DNA of 64,000 nucleotides from Trichosphaerium sp. ATCC 40318 (Eukaryota; Protista; Tubulinea): positions 62,001-126,000 of the forward strand of contig JALMLS010000197.1 of the NCBI GenBank assembly GCA_038496445.1. The letters run 5' to 3'. A program made the position numbers and the translations under genes. The stretch's first letter is position 1; each line of letters begins with the position of its first letter. Below, one piece after another: positions 43,104 through 60,244 of the stretch. The notes under the pieces are model-generated. The model was not told the DNA's origin, searched no databases, and was given only the letters and a program-made list of their open reading frames with translations.

Positions 43104-46100
43104 CTACCATTTCTTGAAGCTTAAGGTAATAGAACCTGATACTCTATCTTCCTTCTTACGTCCACTTCTACCACGTAATTTAAATTCAACATTCTTGTTA
43201 TCTTTAAAATCAGGATACTCTTTCAAATCAATAGTGAAAACACCCATAAAGTCATCCTACAAGAAAAACATTAGACTCGAAAAAAATGGTTCTCAAGCTT
43301 TTTCTTACCTTAGCAAGTGAGTCATGATCCCAACACTCAATAGTAATAATACTATCTGTTGCATGACTACCTTCTAAATCAACATCAACATGTTCGTTAT
43401 CCCACACTGGGTTGAGTGTCTTTTTCTTTACTAAGTAACAGTATTAGTTTGTTTATCTCTTGACAAGCAATGTACCTTTAGTCTTTGCAACACGCTTCCT
43501 AAAGTCAGAGCGACCAAGAGCTTGGTTCAAAGATACCTTAAGATAAGGATCAGAGAATCCATTAGAGTCCTTTGCCACAAGGTTTTTGCCACTAATGTTT
43601 TCAAAGGTAACTTGAGCAGGCCAACCAATTTGATCCTAATTTTGAGTACCAACGTCAGGAACAAGCTGTCAAAGAATACATTGAGCATTTGATAATATAA
43701 CATACCCTTGGTCTAATTTTAGACGAATACAATTCTATGAATTGTGGGATGTAGGCAGAATCCCACAAGAATGTCATTCTATCCTTCTGATCAGCTTTTT
43801 TAGGGAATTTGACCTGCGTTCAATAAATAAGCATTGATCATGATTCACAAGTAACCGTACGCGTTGTGGTAATTTAGCAGGCATAATGTAATCTTTGAGC
43901 AGTTGGAATGACCACTAAAAAGATATTTAGAATCACGTGAATGAAAAATAAAGGTCGATGATCCACAAACAAAAACAACGCAAAAAAAAACTTGCCAAAT
44001 CTGTCCGTTTGTACAATTTACCAACTACAAGTGCACCCATTTTAGCCTCAGACTTTGTGATCTTAATATTAGCACTATATAGAATCATAAGAGACGATGA
44101 ATGCAATAAATCAAGAGCGTACGTGACATAAGATTCATATTCTTTTGAATCATCTTTTCTTGATAGTATTTTAAAAGTTATAGACTCAAAGTTACCAAAA
44201 CGTTGTCTTTGACCTTCGTGATCACGATAGTCAGTTGTATGAATAAGAAAGTAAAGCTCTTTAATCTTATCACTTATACGAGCAGTAGCAAGGTTAAAAT
44301 AATCTGTATTAGTTGCCTTGGTTGACCAACCACCCTCTAACATAAAGTAAAAAAAATGTAAAAAAAATATAACTTACTTTGAGAAGAAGTTGACATTGTG
44401 ATTGATTTATCACGAGACATTTGAGTGTGAACGTCAACATCTGAGCATAGAACATCTCTTAATTTACCATGAACATTCACTCCAATCACTGACGCTTTGA
44501 GTGAAACATTCTTATCGGCACCTACAAGCAAAATAAGAAACTGGACAAAGTTAACACCAAGTCACTCTTGTTCTTACCTGAGGTTTTTTTCCAATGAAAC
44601 GAAAATGCAAGAGCTTCAGCACGCTTAGTAGATAACTCACGCAACTCTCCTTTGTTACGAAGCTCAACCATAACATCTGGTTGAGATGTAACTGGTTTTG
44701 AAGCAGCTTTAGAAAGAGTGCGAAGACTACTTGCAAGTTGAAGACGATTTGTCAAGCGGACAGCAAACATTGCTCCACGAAGCTTTTTACGTGCTTGGAA
44801 TCTCTTCAATTCCTCCTTGACACCCTCTGGAAATTCATCAGCAGATGGTACGTCAACATTAGCGACCCAAGGGTGTTTAAGCGCCATATCAATGTCGAAA
44901 CGGCTAAATCGTAACTATTAGTACATACTACCAGGTTTGGTGTAAAGAAATGTACTTTTCTGGGTCTCTTTGCATCATTTTCCAGACAAGGTCTTTAGCC
45001 TCGTCTGAGATACTGTACCAACATTGTCCTAGCCAATTGAAGGCACCTCTTTCAATGTTGCGCATCATCTCTTCCTAGTAGCTGCGTTAGACATGTGTCT
45101 AACGAAAAGCATTGAGATGAAGTACCTGGTCAGGCTTTTGGAATGGGTGAACACCAGAAAGCAAAATGTATAGAACAACACCGACAGCCCAAACATCAAC
45201 TGGACGACCATATCCTGGCTCACCAGGTATCTTATGCCTTTGCCTGACAAGCTCAGGTGCCATATAAGGGATAGTACCAACAACAAGGCTGAACCCGTCA
45301 TCCTAAGAGCCTTATAAATGCTAGCACGGAGACAATACCTTTCAGAAGGACTTTATCGTACAGTTTCTTGGCATTTACGAGAGAAACCGAAATCTGCTAG
45401 TTTGACTACAGCATCTGCTGTTTTATCCGCTAGAAGCAGATTTTCTGGCTAAAAACGAAACGTGTTACAATGACATTTTAAACAAGCGAAAAAACGCCTG
45501 AAAGGCGTTTAATTATTATCAATCGCTTACCTTAATATCCAAATGCGCAATGCCTTGCGCATGCAAGTGTTTGACGCCCAAAAGCACCTGTTTTATACAA
45601 CGACTTGCTTCGCGCTCAGAGTATCTGTGTAGTTCGATAACTCGCTTAGTTAAGGGTATTATAACACAGTGTCTGCTTTTTCACGTAGAAATAAAAAAAA
45701 AGAACAATGTTGTTCTGCCTTGCTTGAAGTACAAAAAAATAAGGATACTCCTATCAAACAGCTCTCCACCTGTCACGTATTCCAAAACAACGTAAAAGTT
45801 GGTAGAATCAACAAAGATCTCTTGAAAGTTGACGATATTTGGGTGATGTAGCATAGCTGATACTTCTATTTCTTGTGCCATGTTTTCCATAGTTGTTTTC
45901 CGTCTGTTGACTACTTTTACAGCCACATTCTAAAAATGATCGTTAGTATCTGATCGTTCATCGAGTACGCCTAACTCCCTGTTTTTGGGGAGTTTAGTGC
46001 GCTCTTTAGTATTATCGTGATAGTACGCACTGCTCCATCGCTCTTTGATGTCCCCTTGCGTACGACAGAAAATGCGCCCTTCCCTAGCGTTTCATGAAGC

Positions 46101-46274
46101 TAATGTCGTTATTTTGGATCCAGTGCAAACCCAAATTTGTTTTTAGACGTTAGATGTAGTACTACGCACGTCATAACAGTCTATGATCTCTTTGTCATTT
46201 AATTTTGGAAATTTGTATCCTTGTGGTAACGCCACAGGTTTTTGGCTAGTAATCAACGTAAAGGCTTGCTCCAT
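43104..46274 (-). CDS. CAMK-group Ser/Thr kinase with CaM-binding segment, TerD-like domain and C-terminal C2 domain
   Basis: [54 protein letters not shown] (regulatory helix). C2 motifs [29 protein letters not shown]...DDFMG. Confidence 0.92.
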
Positions 46275-46397
46275 TGCACTAAACCACAAATCTGGCTACG
46301 TGAGTTTTTGACTACTTTTTGACTCGAAGTTGTTTCGCAGCTATTTTCCCGTTTTCACTTTGTCATTTACCCATAGGCCCACACGCCATCTGGTTAA

Positions 46398-48641
46398 ATG
46401 TTGTCGCGGTTATACAGGTACTCGTACTAAATGCAAGAGAATGGCCTAATCTAACAGTGTAATAGGGCTACAAGTGTCCGTACAGCTGTTAGAGCCTCAC
46501 GCGGTGTTCAGCAGCGACGATCCTACTGTGTGAATATATTGTACGCGCAACGGCCAGCAATTGTAACTAAATAGATGTAGTGGCGGTCAAGAACAAAAAC
46601 CTTTGGAAGCAGTCAAGCCAAAGGCAGAATTGGTATTGAAACGCGTAGATGAGATCGCAAAGCTAGCTGCAAAGCATTTGTATGCGAATGAGTTTAAAGA
46701 AGCAGCCCAGTATTACGAAAGTGCTTTGGACTTAACAACTTCGGTTTCAGCGGTATGTAGAGCGTAACGGCATCATTCTTGATAGTATTGACGCTCTTTT
46801 ATTTCTTTGCCTTCAAAATTGCTTGTTTGAGCTATGTGCCATGTATTTCGCTGACGTGTTTCATTCTAGGATGAATTATTAGTAGTTCGCGCTAAAGTAA
46901 ACTTGGCATACGCTTATCACAACATGGACAAAATAAGTGAAGCTACAGAGTTGTATAAGAATATTGATACCCTAGAAAAACTACTTGGCGCAGAAGACCA
47001 AGAAGTTAATATTGCAAAGATAAATTATGCTGAAATACTAGCCAAAGAAAAGAAGTACGTACTCAAGAAGGCGTGATATGTTGCTTCGGAAGGCTTTTTT
47101 TGTTATAAGTCGCTTTGAATGCTGATTTTTTTTTTTCAAGGATGGAAGAGGCTGAGAGATACGGTAGAGAAGCTGTAGGTGTACTTGAACGTCATAGACG
47201 TACTGATGAATTTGTTGCTGCCGCTTTGAGTAATTTATCTGGATACCTTGGCGTACAAGTACGTTTTTTTTTTTTGGTTCTTCTCAGTTGCAAAGATTGG
47301 GTTATTGATTTCGTCTTTTTTCTAGAAAAAATACAAAGAGTCCTTGAAATACGCAAGTAAAGCCCTACGCATGACTGAAAAGCATCTTGGACGTAACAAT
47401 TCTGTAACAAAGACAGTATTTAGTAACTACTATTCTCTGTTAAAGCTTGCTGGAGACGAGAAGGGCTTAGCAGGTACAACAATATAACCAATATCAATTT
47501 TTGAAAAATTAAAATCTTGTCGTTCTTCTACTTCGTTTTTTATTTCATTTTACTCACTTTGGTTTTAGATTTGGAAGCAGATTGGAGCACAGAAACAGGT
47601 GAACCAGATCGCGCAGCAGATGAGCTTCTTGAAAAGACACAAAACGGCGAAATTGAAATTGATGATACAGAAACGCCAAGTGAGCGTGGGAAGACCCCTA
47701 AAAAGGATGAAAAAGCTGATACAGAAGCTAAAGAAGATGGAGAGGGTAAAGAAGACAAAGCAGATGCAAAAGAGTCAAAAGAAGAATCAAAGGAAGAAAG
47801 TACTGAGGTTGCAAAAGCTGATGAAGATAAAGAGTCTACTCCTGAAGAAACAAAGGAAGGTGATGTGCCACAAACAAAGGAAGACGCAAATGTATCAAAA
47901 GACGCTGAGAGACTTGGAAAGTACGTGTTGTTTGTGTTTTTTTTTTGGATTTGTTGTTGCAACAAAGTTGTCCGTTTACTGATTGTTTTTTCTTATTAGG
48001 TTTGAAGACATTTACAGAAAAACTCATAAATCTCAACCTAAAGGATTTGTAAAAGATCCTGATTTTGCCAAGAAGGAGTTAAGTGAGTTTATGGACTTAT
48101 GGTCTGAAAGAGGTATGGTTCTGTTACATTTTGAGGCGAAACAACAATCGCTTTTTTTTGTTTCCATTTTTGATGTTGCTTAATTGTAAGGCGTTGACTT
48201 AACTTTTTTGTTTTAGATCCAAAAATCGATTTATATGATCCAGCTTACGCTAAGGTTCTTCAGCAAGAAACTGACGCCATTGAGTACCACGAAAAACTTG
48301 CTAAAGAGCGTATAAAGACTGTAAGGAGAAAGGTTGATGAAAATGTCTTGTCACAAGGTTTATCTGAGGAAGAGAAGAGAGATTACGCTAAAAAAGCAGA
48401 AATATACTTTAATCAGATATCTGCTTCAGGATTTACTAAAGATCAATTGTCGTCTATGATAGATGAGACTGTTTTCGATACAGACCAACTTCTTAAGTTT
48501 GGAAGGAGTCAATTTGGAGCTACACAAGAAGAACAAGAAGCTACACTTGATAGAGAGACAGATGAAGCTTTTGAACAACTTGGAAAACAAGTTGTTAATA
48601 CTATTACAGAAGAAGAAGTAAACAATGAATCTCATGAATAA
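46398..48641 (+). CDS. TPR-repeat protein with predicted mitochondrial presequence and acidic insert
   Basis: MLSRLYRATSVRTAVRASRGVQQRRSYC (Arg/Ser-rich, no acidic residues). TPR helices AKVNLAYAYHNMDKISEATELY and AAALSNLSGYL. Glu/Lys-rich region. Confidence 0.7.
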
Positions 48642-48874
48642 AATAAATAAAAAATAAATTCAGAAAAACATCTTCTTTGTTGACTGATCCCCTCAGGCCC
48701 AAGACAAGGTAAACTAGTGACTGACAAGTCTGTCCATCACGACATAGTGACTACGTAACAATATAGGATAAACACCCTGGGTTTATATGAAGCACGATTT
48801 CGAAAGATAGATTCTTCGGCTGCCATTTTGTACCACAGTTAAGTTAGTTTTGGCTTCCACAAAAAGCACTACAA

Positions 48875-51741
<2,867 letters not shown>

Positions 51742-51912
51742 TGAGGGGTAGCGCTTGGAGAGAGTAGAATAAAACGAAAGTTCTGAGTTTGCATCTTTTT
51801 TTTCCTGTTTTTCTTGTCCCATTGCTTGAAAGAGAAGTTATTTTTGTCTTCGATTTTTCCCTCTACCAATACTATGTGCATTAAATAACATGGACATCAC
51901 GTTTTTTTCGTA

Positions 51913-54709
51913 TTACTTCATGATAGCCCCAAATAGTTTTAGAAACTTGGTTTTTTTCTTCTTCTTCCTTGGTTTCGGTTCCTTTTCCACTTTAACCGGT
52001 ACATCTACATGTACTGATTCTTTCGTTGGCCTTGTTATTGTTTGTCTATAAAACACCATCAGATATTAACAAGGAGAAAAACAAAGCGAAAAAAGCGAAA
52101 AAAAGTGAAACAGTGAAGCCGAACACGTGATTTTTCTAAATTGAAAAAAAAAAAATTGTATTTGGCGTTAAAAACTGCAAGGTAGTTTCCTTCTCGACGA
52201 AAAGGGAAAGATACTGATGGAGTTCACGCGCTCGTGAGTGGTTTTTTGTTTATAAAGGGCAAGATATTTTTTGAACTGCAGTATTTTTTTTGCAGTAAAC
52301 GTGAGTACTGCAAAAACACACATGAGGTAAATAACAATATCCCATCTCTTACCCAGTACTTTCTTCAAAACTTTCTTTTCTCGCCAAAGCCATCGTTATC
52401 GTAGTTGGTTCAGACCCAGAGAACTCGTCCACGCGCCTAGCGGTAAAATGTTATTTACGCTAGCGGAAGAACTAAAAACCCCGTTTCGCTTTCTTCTCCT
52501 TTTGTTAAATTAGAACTTACGTAGATGCTGCGTGCCATGCAGATGAACTTTCGTCTGATCTAGCACGTTTCAGTTCTACACGTGCATGTCCTTGATCAGG
52601 ATCAGAAGAGCTTGTCGTTTCATCTTGTCTCACGCCAGTTCCGCATTCACTAAACAAAAAGTATTACTTTCTCCTCAATAACAGCTTCAAGTATGTGCTG
52701 TACTTGCCTCATAGTCTCTGTGAGTTCCATCTCGAACATGCCTATAATGGCAGCACCAGAACCAGCATCTGGAGATGTCTCTGGCTTGGGATTCATGTAG
52801 GACATATCAAGTTCGATATCAATTTTCTTTGGCTTAGTTTTTTTTTGTAACGGTTTCTTCTCAAGTGCGTCCAGAAGTGATGTCATCGGTGCACTACTTG
52901 CGCAGTCTGATATATCAGAAAAACTAACACCGGCTGAAACAAAAGAAATTAGCCAAAACAAACCAGCAGAGGCGAGGCGAGGTGTACATGTGTTTTTAAC
53001 TTCAAGTGTTTTTGATATCTCTCCAGGAAGAAGTCGTTTTTTTGATCCAGAAGAATCATTTGATTTTTTACGACGTTTTTTTGTATGTACAGGTTGTGCA
53101 ATGACGACGTCATCATCTGAGTTTGACTTTTTATGGTGGCTCAGCAGTTTTGGCACTGATCCAAAAATAATCTTTGATTTCGACCTCCTAAGCTTTGATC
53201 CTCCATCTTTACTTACACCAAGTTTCCCTGAGAAATCAATTAGCACGCATCACAACAGAGAAAGCATACGTGATGAGCTACTCTTCCGTATTTCGCGTCT
53301 GGTTTGCTTATTGGAGCCTAAAGCCCTTGCGGACTTGTCTTTGGCGGAAAACCTTTTTTTTCTTTTCTTAGATATTGCAGGCTCAGTCAAGGCCTCAACG
53401 TACTTTGGAGAAGTGCTAATAGCAACCACTCGCTTTTGAATAGACTAATTGATCGTTATAAGGTAATAATTGACTCAAACGTACCGAGCAAGATGAGCTT
53501 CTTCGTACAGTTTTTTGCTTTTTTTTTCAATAAATGTTAGCTCATGTTTTAAACTATCACGTGTTGGTACCTTGGTTATTGATACTTCTGGGGTTTTATC
53601 TGTTTCTGGGATATTTTGTTGCTCGATGAAATTTAGAGGTTCGAAAGAACCAAGAGGTGTGCTTCCTCCAGAACTCGCAGATATTTGTTTTTTGTGCTTT
53701 TTAGACATGAGAAACTTTTTACTTTTTTTAGAACTCTCCAGTTTCTTTGTGGCTACAGAATTAAAATCAAACAAAAACCAGGTTAATAGTAATATACCTA
53801 TAGTATATAATTCGCTCTGCTTAAATAAAGGTATTTGATTATGCTCCTGGTTTGTAAAGTCAGAAAAAGTTGTTACCTTTTATAGAAAAAAGCTAGCGTA
53901 CCATGATAAACAAAACCTGGTTTTCGGCATCATCAAACAAATTAGATGATAGAGAAAGTCCTGTGGCAATTATTAAATAAAAGCACAAGTGGTAAACAAT
54001 TAAAAAACAATTAAAAACAGGCGTATATGATGAGCCCGAACCTTACCAGAGGATGTTTTCTCCAGGATAGCCTCCTACGTAAACATAAATCTTTTTTTTT
54101 CTGTTGGTTTAATTTCGCTCCTTCCCGTACCTTGACCCAGCCATCAATGTTTACCTCTAGTGGCGCACGTTTACATATGTACTTGTTGAGCATCACAGCA
54201 CATTGTGTTTGCCTGGTTTTATCAGAGCTCGCTTTATATTTTTGTACATCTCGCCAAAACTCAATATTTTCTTCGCTCAAGCTCGTCACCAAGTGCCTTA
54301 TTGTGTTTATGAGTCAATGTTTGTTCAAGCCTCCGTTTATGGAGTGGGTGGTAACGCGAATTAAAGAAGTGATTTTGCTTGAACCAAAATTATCACGTGT
54401 ATTTTTACGCACCGTTTCGTTTAATCACGTGGGTAATATAAAGAAATTTGTCGTTTTGTAAAAAAAAAAAAGCAAAAAACTCAATTATTTGCAATACTTC
54501 AACAAAGAGTAATTAGATTCTGCGTTTGTTAAAATCCCGACAAGTGTTACTTTATATTACCATGAAACGAAAACAAAAAAAGATATTGCGTGGATTGTAA
54601 AAACAGAAAAAGATTTTTTTTGTCGAAAAAGTGTATTGTTTTACCTTGTAAAGTATTTACGTAATATATCGTTACGTAGTACGGTTAGTACTTCAACATG
54701 GGCCGCCAT
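51913..54709 (-). CDS. RGS-domain protein with long Lys/Ser-rich tail
   Basis: LSEENIEFWRDVQKYK...KYICKRAPLEVNIDG...LFDDAENQVLFIM. Confidence 0.85.
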
Positions 54710-55439
54710 CTCCCCTTATAAATGTCAAAAAATAGGTGGGAGGGTGTGACGGCGACGTCTATCCAGCGCTAGTAGCACGAGAATGTGCTGAGATTGTATT
54801 CACCCTTGGTTTGGGTTTTGGCGTTTATGGTACCAAAAAACGGTCAGCTAAAGTTTGACTTGTTATTTTACACTGCTTTGAAGCGTTGACAAATAACAAT
54901 ATTACTTTATTCATAGATGTGGTACTATGTTAGTACCTTTAGGGGCGTATGAAGCAATATAAACCGGGTTTTTTCACTACATGTGACTTGTGATTTTTCT
55001 CGTTGCTTCGCACCAAGTTTCGGTGTGGTGTTACATACTACTTTTGGGACCGCTCTGAATAATCGTCCGACGTGGAGAAATCGTGCTTTATTTTCCCGCT
55101 TTTTGGGGATCGCTTGTGAAAGACACTTCCATAAAAACGCACAGGTGTAGTGTTTAGTGTCTTCACACTCATAAACTAGTTTTCCATCAAACTTCGTTTT
55201 TTTATTTTGATGACATTTATGTGCTGTCTTACAAATACAGTAGTACAACTATGTGTTACTAATGTTGCTACGATAGACCTCAGTTTTTTACGTTTATGAT
55301 ACTCAAACATGTTGTGGGAGTATAAAAACGCGCTTAGCAGCGTAGAGGCGAAAGAAAACCCAGATTTATTGTTACAATAACATCATGACATATTTACATA
55401 AAAGTAGCCTTATGGTTTGTCCGCTTCTTTTAATTACCA

Positions 55440-56999
55440 CTAAAGTATGCTCCCAACTAATTTCAAGTTGACAGTAGGTAATGATTTTCGAAGCTTACAA
55501 ATCACATCATCAGTAACAGATATATTCGATAAGTTCAAATGCTGTAAGCTCTTTACAGAAGAAAGCTGTAGAACGGCTTCAGCGGTAAGCCTGGGTATGA
55601 GTCAACCATTATTTATCAACAAAGAACACGTACTTGATGCACATTACTAGACTCAAGTCGTTTAAACTTGTAAGCCAAGATAAGTAAGAAATACCTTCAT
55701 CAGTCAAGCTGTAACAGTAGTTCATGTTCAATACTTGCAAGTCTCTTAAATGTACCAAGTGCTTCAACCATTGTCCTGTTATGTTTGTATTGGACATGAC
55801 CTGTTTTTAAAACGACAATGTTAGGTATTGTAGCTTACAATAAATTGGGTAAAAAAATGTTTCTATTAGCAGTACCAATACACGAAGTCGCTTCATTTTA
55901 TTACCAATGATTCCCAGGTGATTTTCTTTAAGAGTTAAACCCGATATGTACAACTAACATTGTTAGTAAGCAAATAAAAAGGTCAATAATGATTAGACAA
56001 TTCTGTATTTAAGCAGAAGAAATGTTGGCAAAATACTGACTTGTAACTCACTGCCAAGCGAAATGTAGGCAGCTAATTATTAAAATTCTTGCGCACTTTT
56101 GTAATGTTTGGCATGTTTTCTATGAAGCCAAGATTGATATTCATACAACGGCTAACATCTAATACAGAAATATTGTGCATCTTTATAAGAGGAAAGATTC
56201 TGTTTAAACTCTCTTTCGGGTTGCATTCTTGCCTATCAGATAGAACAATACGCTTACATGATATCCAGTGATCAGTTACAAAGTTATACCATGATTTACA
56301 TACATAATCAAAACTAGGAAGGCGTACACATGTCAAAAAAAAATCAAGCAAGTCAATGAACAAAAAAAAAGCAGAAAAATTAGTCTTCAAGAGGTACCTA
56401 AGAATCGTCTCCACAGTGAGATAATCAAGAATCATGCATTGCAATTCGGGTGGTAAATCTACGACAGGTCCTTCATATTCGGGAAATCGAACACGTGATT
56501 GTTGATCGTCATGTTTTATTTCTTGTCTTGGTGATGGCTCTGTAAGATTGCCCATAGCAGCAGAGACGAACGTAGACGCGAAGAAAGGTGTTGCTATACC
56601 ATTTTGTTCCTGGCTAACCTCCCATGTCCTCCTTTAGAGGAGTTAGTAATTGTGATGTAAGATAGTTTAAAACGCATTCAAACGCAGCTGGTATGGTATT
56701 TAGGAAACTGAAATTACGTGGGAGGTAATTTGGGGTGAATTTACAGCAAATTGTTCCGTTTCAGTGGAATTCAGTCAAAAACGCCTGTTATGGGCGTGTA
56801 AAGCGCTGACATACAAGTATTCATCGGTGTTAACGTCATTAGTATCGTTGCTCTCTGTTTCAGTTGAAAATAAAGAAATTGGAGCAACATTGGTTACTGC
56901 AGAGCCTATCAATTGTTAACTGAAGTTTAGTGACCATGTCAATCTATTTGTACTTATGTAGCTCCCTACAACATCATACAACCACTGTGTATTCTCCAT
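55440..56999 (-). CDS. Intron-containing F-box/LRR (FBXL-like) protein (5' end approximate)
   Basis: DLPPELQCMILDYL...VCKSW F-box; LRRs LQVLNMNYCYSLTDEGISYL and LQHLNLSNISVTDD. Confidence 0.85.
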
Positions 57000-57237
57000 G
57001 ACAATGCAACGTTGCCTCGAGGCTTAAGGGCTGATACAATTAAATGAATGAAGCAGTTTTGAGCTTTAAGCAAGGCTTTAGTGTTGTGTTGACACAACTA
57101 CGTCGGTCAGGGCTGTTGAATAATTTAAGTGTACTCTCTGTTGCCGAACACTGTTGTTCAAGATGGAGGTTGCAACTTTAGGATATCAGAAAATTCAACT
57201 GTTTTACTATTTTTAACAAAACACAATTGACTTGACC

Positions 57238-60200
57238 ATGCAAAGCCTTCTGCGCGTGCTATTAGTATGCTCGTGTTTTTTGGTTGCAAACAGCCAACCC
57301 TTCAATGCACTTATTGGTCCTCGCAGTAATGCGCCTTATGGGTTCTTTATTCGTTTATACACCAGTTTAACAGGCCCAGAAACGCATTGTACACACTTTT
57401 GTAGTTTTAATCAAATAACGGCCAATTAGCGTGTAGTGACGCGCGTATACCACGCCTTTCTTTAGGACTGGCGTACAGTGGTCAAACGGGCAGGGTTTAC
57501 ATAGCTTCGAATACTACGGGTAACACTGTATACGAAATGGACCCTTATTCTTGCGAAGTTGTACGCTATGGACTATTTTAGCATTATATCTAATTAAAAC
57601 AATTTTCTAGACTCGTATCTGTACGCTTACGCGTATCAGCGGTTTTTCTATCGATTTAATCACTGGAAGAATGTTTGGATACAGCGCTGGTGTTTTTTTT
57701 GAAATAGACTTTGACACTTGCAGTACAAACACAATATGTACTGGTTCCCTTGCAACCACGGATGCTAGTACGCACATCTTAACAATACCTTACACTCTAA
57801 TAAATCCATAGTGACTGTTATAAATGGCACAGTTTACGGCGCTACTGCTGCTTCATTGGTTTCTATTGGCAACCTCACAGATGGGACTTGCACTGGAATA
57901 CCTGCAGCGGCTTATCCAGTTCCTTGTTCTCAAGTTAGCGGTAACCTTGGTAAACACACTGTAACATGGTAATAATAGGTTTTTGTAGGTATTACTGCAT
58001 ACGATGATAATACAGTTCTTATGGCGTGCTCGGGGCTATACTACCTCTTTAACATTTCCACATCAACGTTTGGTTCGTCGCTGAGTGGTGAAGCCTCTGC
58101 TAGACCTGGCTTGGCTTCCATGTTCTATGATGTAGGAGCTACACCTACAAGTATGCCAACAGCGTTACCTCCACCAACAGAAGCTCCAACCGAACTATCA
58201 CCTCCTCCAACACCAAACGCATTACTTGTACCCAGAAACGGTACAAACCAACCTGGATTTAGGATTCAGGACTTGGCATCTATAAATGAAACCCTTACTG
58301 GTATGTCCAGACACGTGATATGTGCTCTTACTGTTTTTTTGTTGGAAACTTACTTCTTGTTAGAATGTATTATTCCTGGTCTTGTCAGAGAGGCTATTGG
58401 TATTGCACAATTAAGAAATGGTATGGTTGCATACTCAACGATCGGCAAAATAGTGTATATTGTAGATCCAAACGCTTGTATGATTGTACGTGTTTTCACC
58501 TTGACTAACAAGGCTTTTCTTATTTTTGAACAGGTTAACACATGCCTCACAGTCTTTGAAGTTAATTCATTGGCTGTTGACACCAGAACAGATACTCTCT
58601 ACGGTGTGGTGGGCGGTTTACTCACTGAGATTAACCCAGTCACATGTGCACTTACGAGCTCTTGTGACTTCCCTGATATAAACGGAAGTACGGTTCATTA
58701 CTTAATGTTAACATACTAACAAATACTGTGCGCAGTGTCTATTATAGGAGAAGATGCTTATGGTGCTAGCACACTCACAACTTTTGTGATAAAAAACTTT
58801 GTACAAAACTGTACACGTGACGTTCTAGCGTCTAACCCTACAAGCCCATTTCTTTGTATGGTGAGTGGTACGTAAAAAAAGCAATGTTCCTCAAACAGTT
58901 TAACTTTTTACAGGTATGACTGCACTACCAGATGGAGAACGTTTACTAGTTGCATGCTCTGTTGAACGTTACTATACGTTCAACATAACCTCAAAGGTGT
59001 TCACTCAGTTCCCGACCTACCTTGGTGCCCATAATAATTTTTATTTTGAAACAAAAACATCTTCTTCTGATTGTTTTTTTTTTCAAAGGTAATTCAGCAA
59101 TAAGCACAATGGTATACAGTCCAATAATTCCTACACCACCAATTCCTCCTTTCAATCCTTCAGTACCTATTCCGCCTACACCTCCAACACCTCCGATGGC
59201 ACCTGTAACAGTGCCAATACCGCCTGTAGCACCTATCCCACCCACATCTTTCCCACTACCTCCATCAGCACCTATTCCGCCTACTACACTAGCACCTATA
59301 GTTGTGCCAGTACCACCAATTGCTCCTCCAGTAACCCAAATACCTACAGCATCCTCAGCATTCCCTGATGTGAGTTTTAGCTTACAGCAATATGTTTCTA
59401 ATTGATTTTGATAGATAAGTCCACGCGTGGACTGTGTTCTTGAAACAAATACTGGATTTACAGCAATATTAGGTTGGGTTACAGCAAATCAGACCCTTGT
59501 TGTTCCAATAGGACCAAACAATGTTTTGTCACCAGCTGCACCAACCCAAAACCAGCAACCAGAGACTTTCTCTGGTACAGCACCATTCTTTCCCGCTCCG
59601 GGACAGTACAGGTTAGATTTCGATGGTACAAAAACGACATGGACCTTAGGTAACGGTATTGTATCTTTTGAAGGCAATGATCCACAGACAAAGTGTATTA
59701 CTGACGGTACGTTAGCACACCTTGTACCGTCTATTAATTTTATCGATAGAGGCTACTCTTGAGCTCGTTATCAACGAGATGTTCCCACTTTCTGATACCG
59801 TTTTGATACCATAAAAACCAAACTAGCAGAGGGGATGAATGTCTCTGAGTCTAGCTTGAATGTATCCCAGAGATCCTCTGCCAAAAGACAAGCGAGCACA
59901 ACAGTCAGTGTTACAATAACAAGTACCAAAATTCTTTAAAAATCTCTCCTGTCTAATCACGTGTTGTGTAGATACAGCAGACCCTCCAACTACAGTTATT
60001 GGAACTTTCTTGGCTTCTAATGCACAGAGTACACAAGTTGCTCTTAGCCAAGATGGCATTGGTATAGTTGTACGTTGTTTTCTCGCTACTATAATTCTTT
60101 GTTGACGTTTCGTGTTAGTCCTTCGCGACACCTGCTCCATCCACAGTGACAGATTCCACTCAACGTAAACAAGATACTTCTAGTAGCAATAGGTTGATTG

Positions 60201-60244
60201 CAGTTTTTATATTATCATTGTGTTGTGTACTCTTACACTTGTAG
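57238..60244 (+). CDS. Secreted/GPI-anchored Pro-rich surface protein: two beta-propeller-like modules, Pro-rich linkers, a beta-sandwich domain and a hydrophobic C-terminus
   Basis: Signal peptide MQSLLRVLLVCSCFLVANS; duplicated module (YEMDPYSC / YIVDPNAC; EIDFDTC / EINPVTC); PPTPP-rich stretch; C-terminal SSSNRLIAVFILSLCCVLLHL*. Apparent 1-nt frameshift near 59800. Confidence 0.7.

Noticed and set aside
47540-47965. Ser/Phe-rich minus-strand ORF (likewise 58991-59245 and 52990-53439)
   Set aside because: Antisense shadows of low-complexity exons on the opposite strand.
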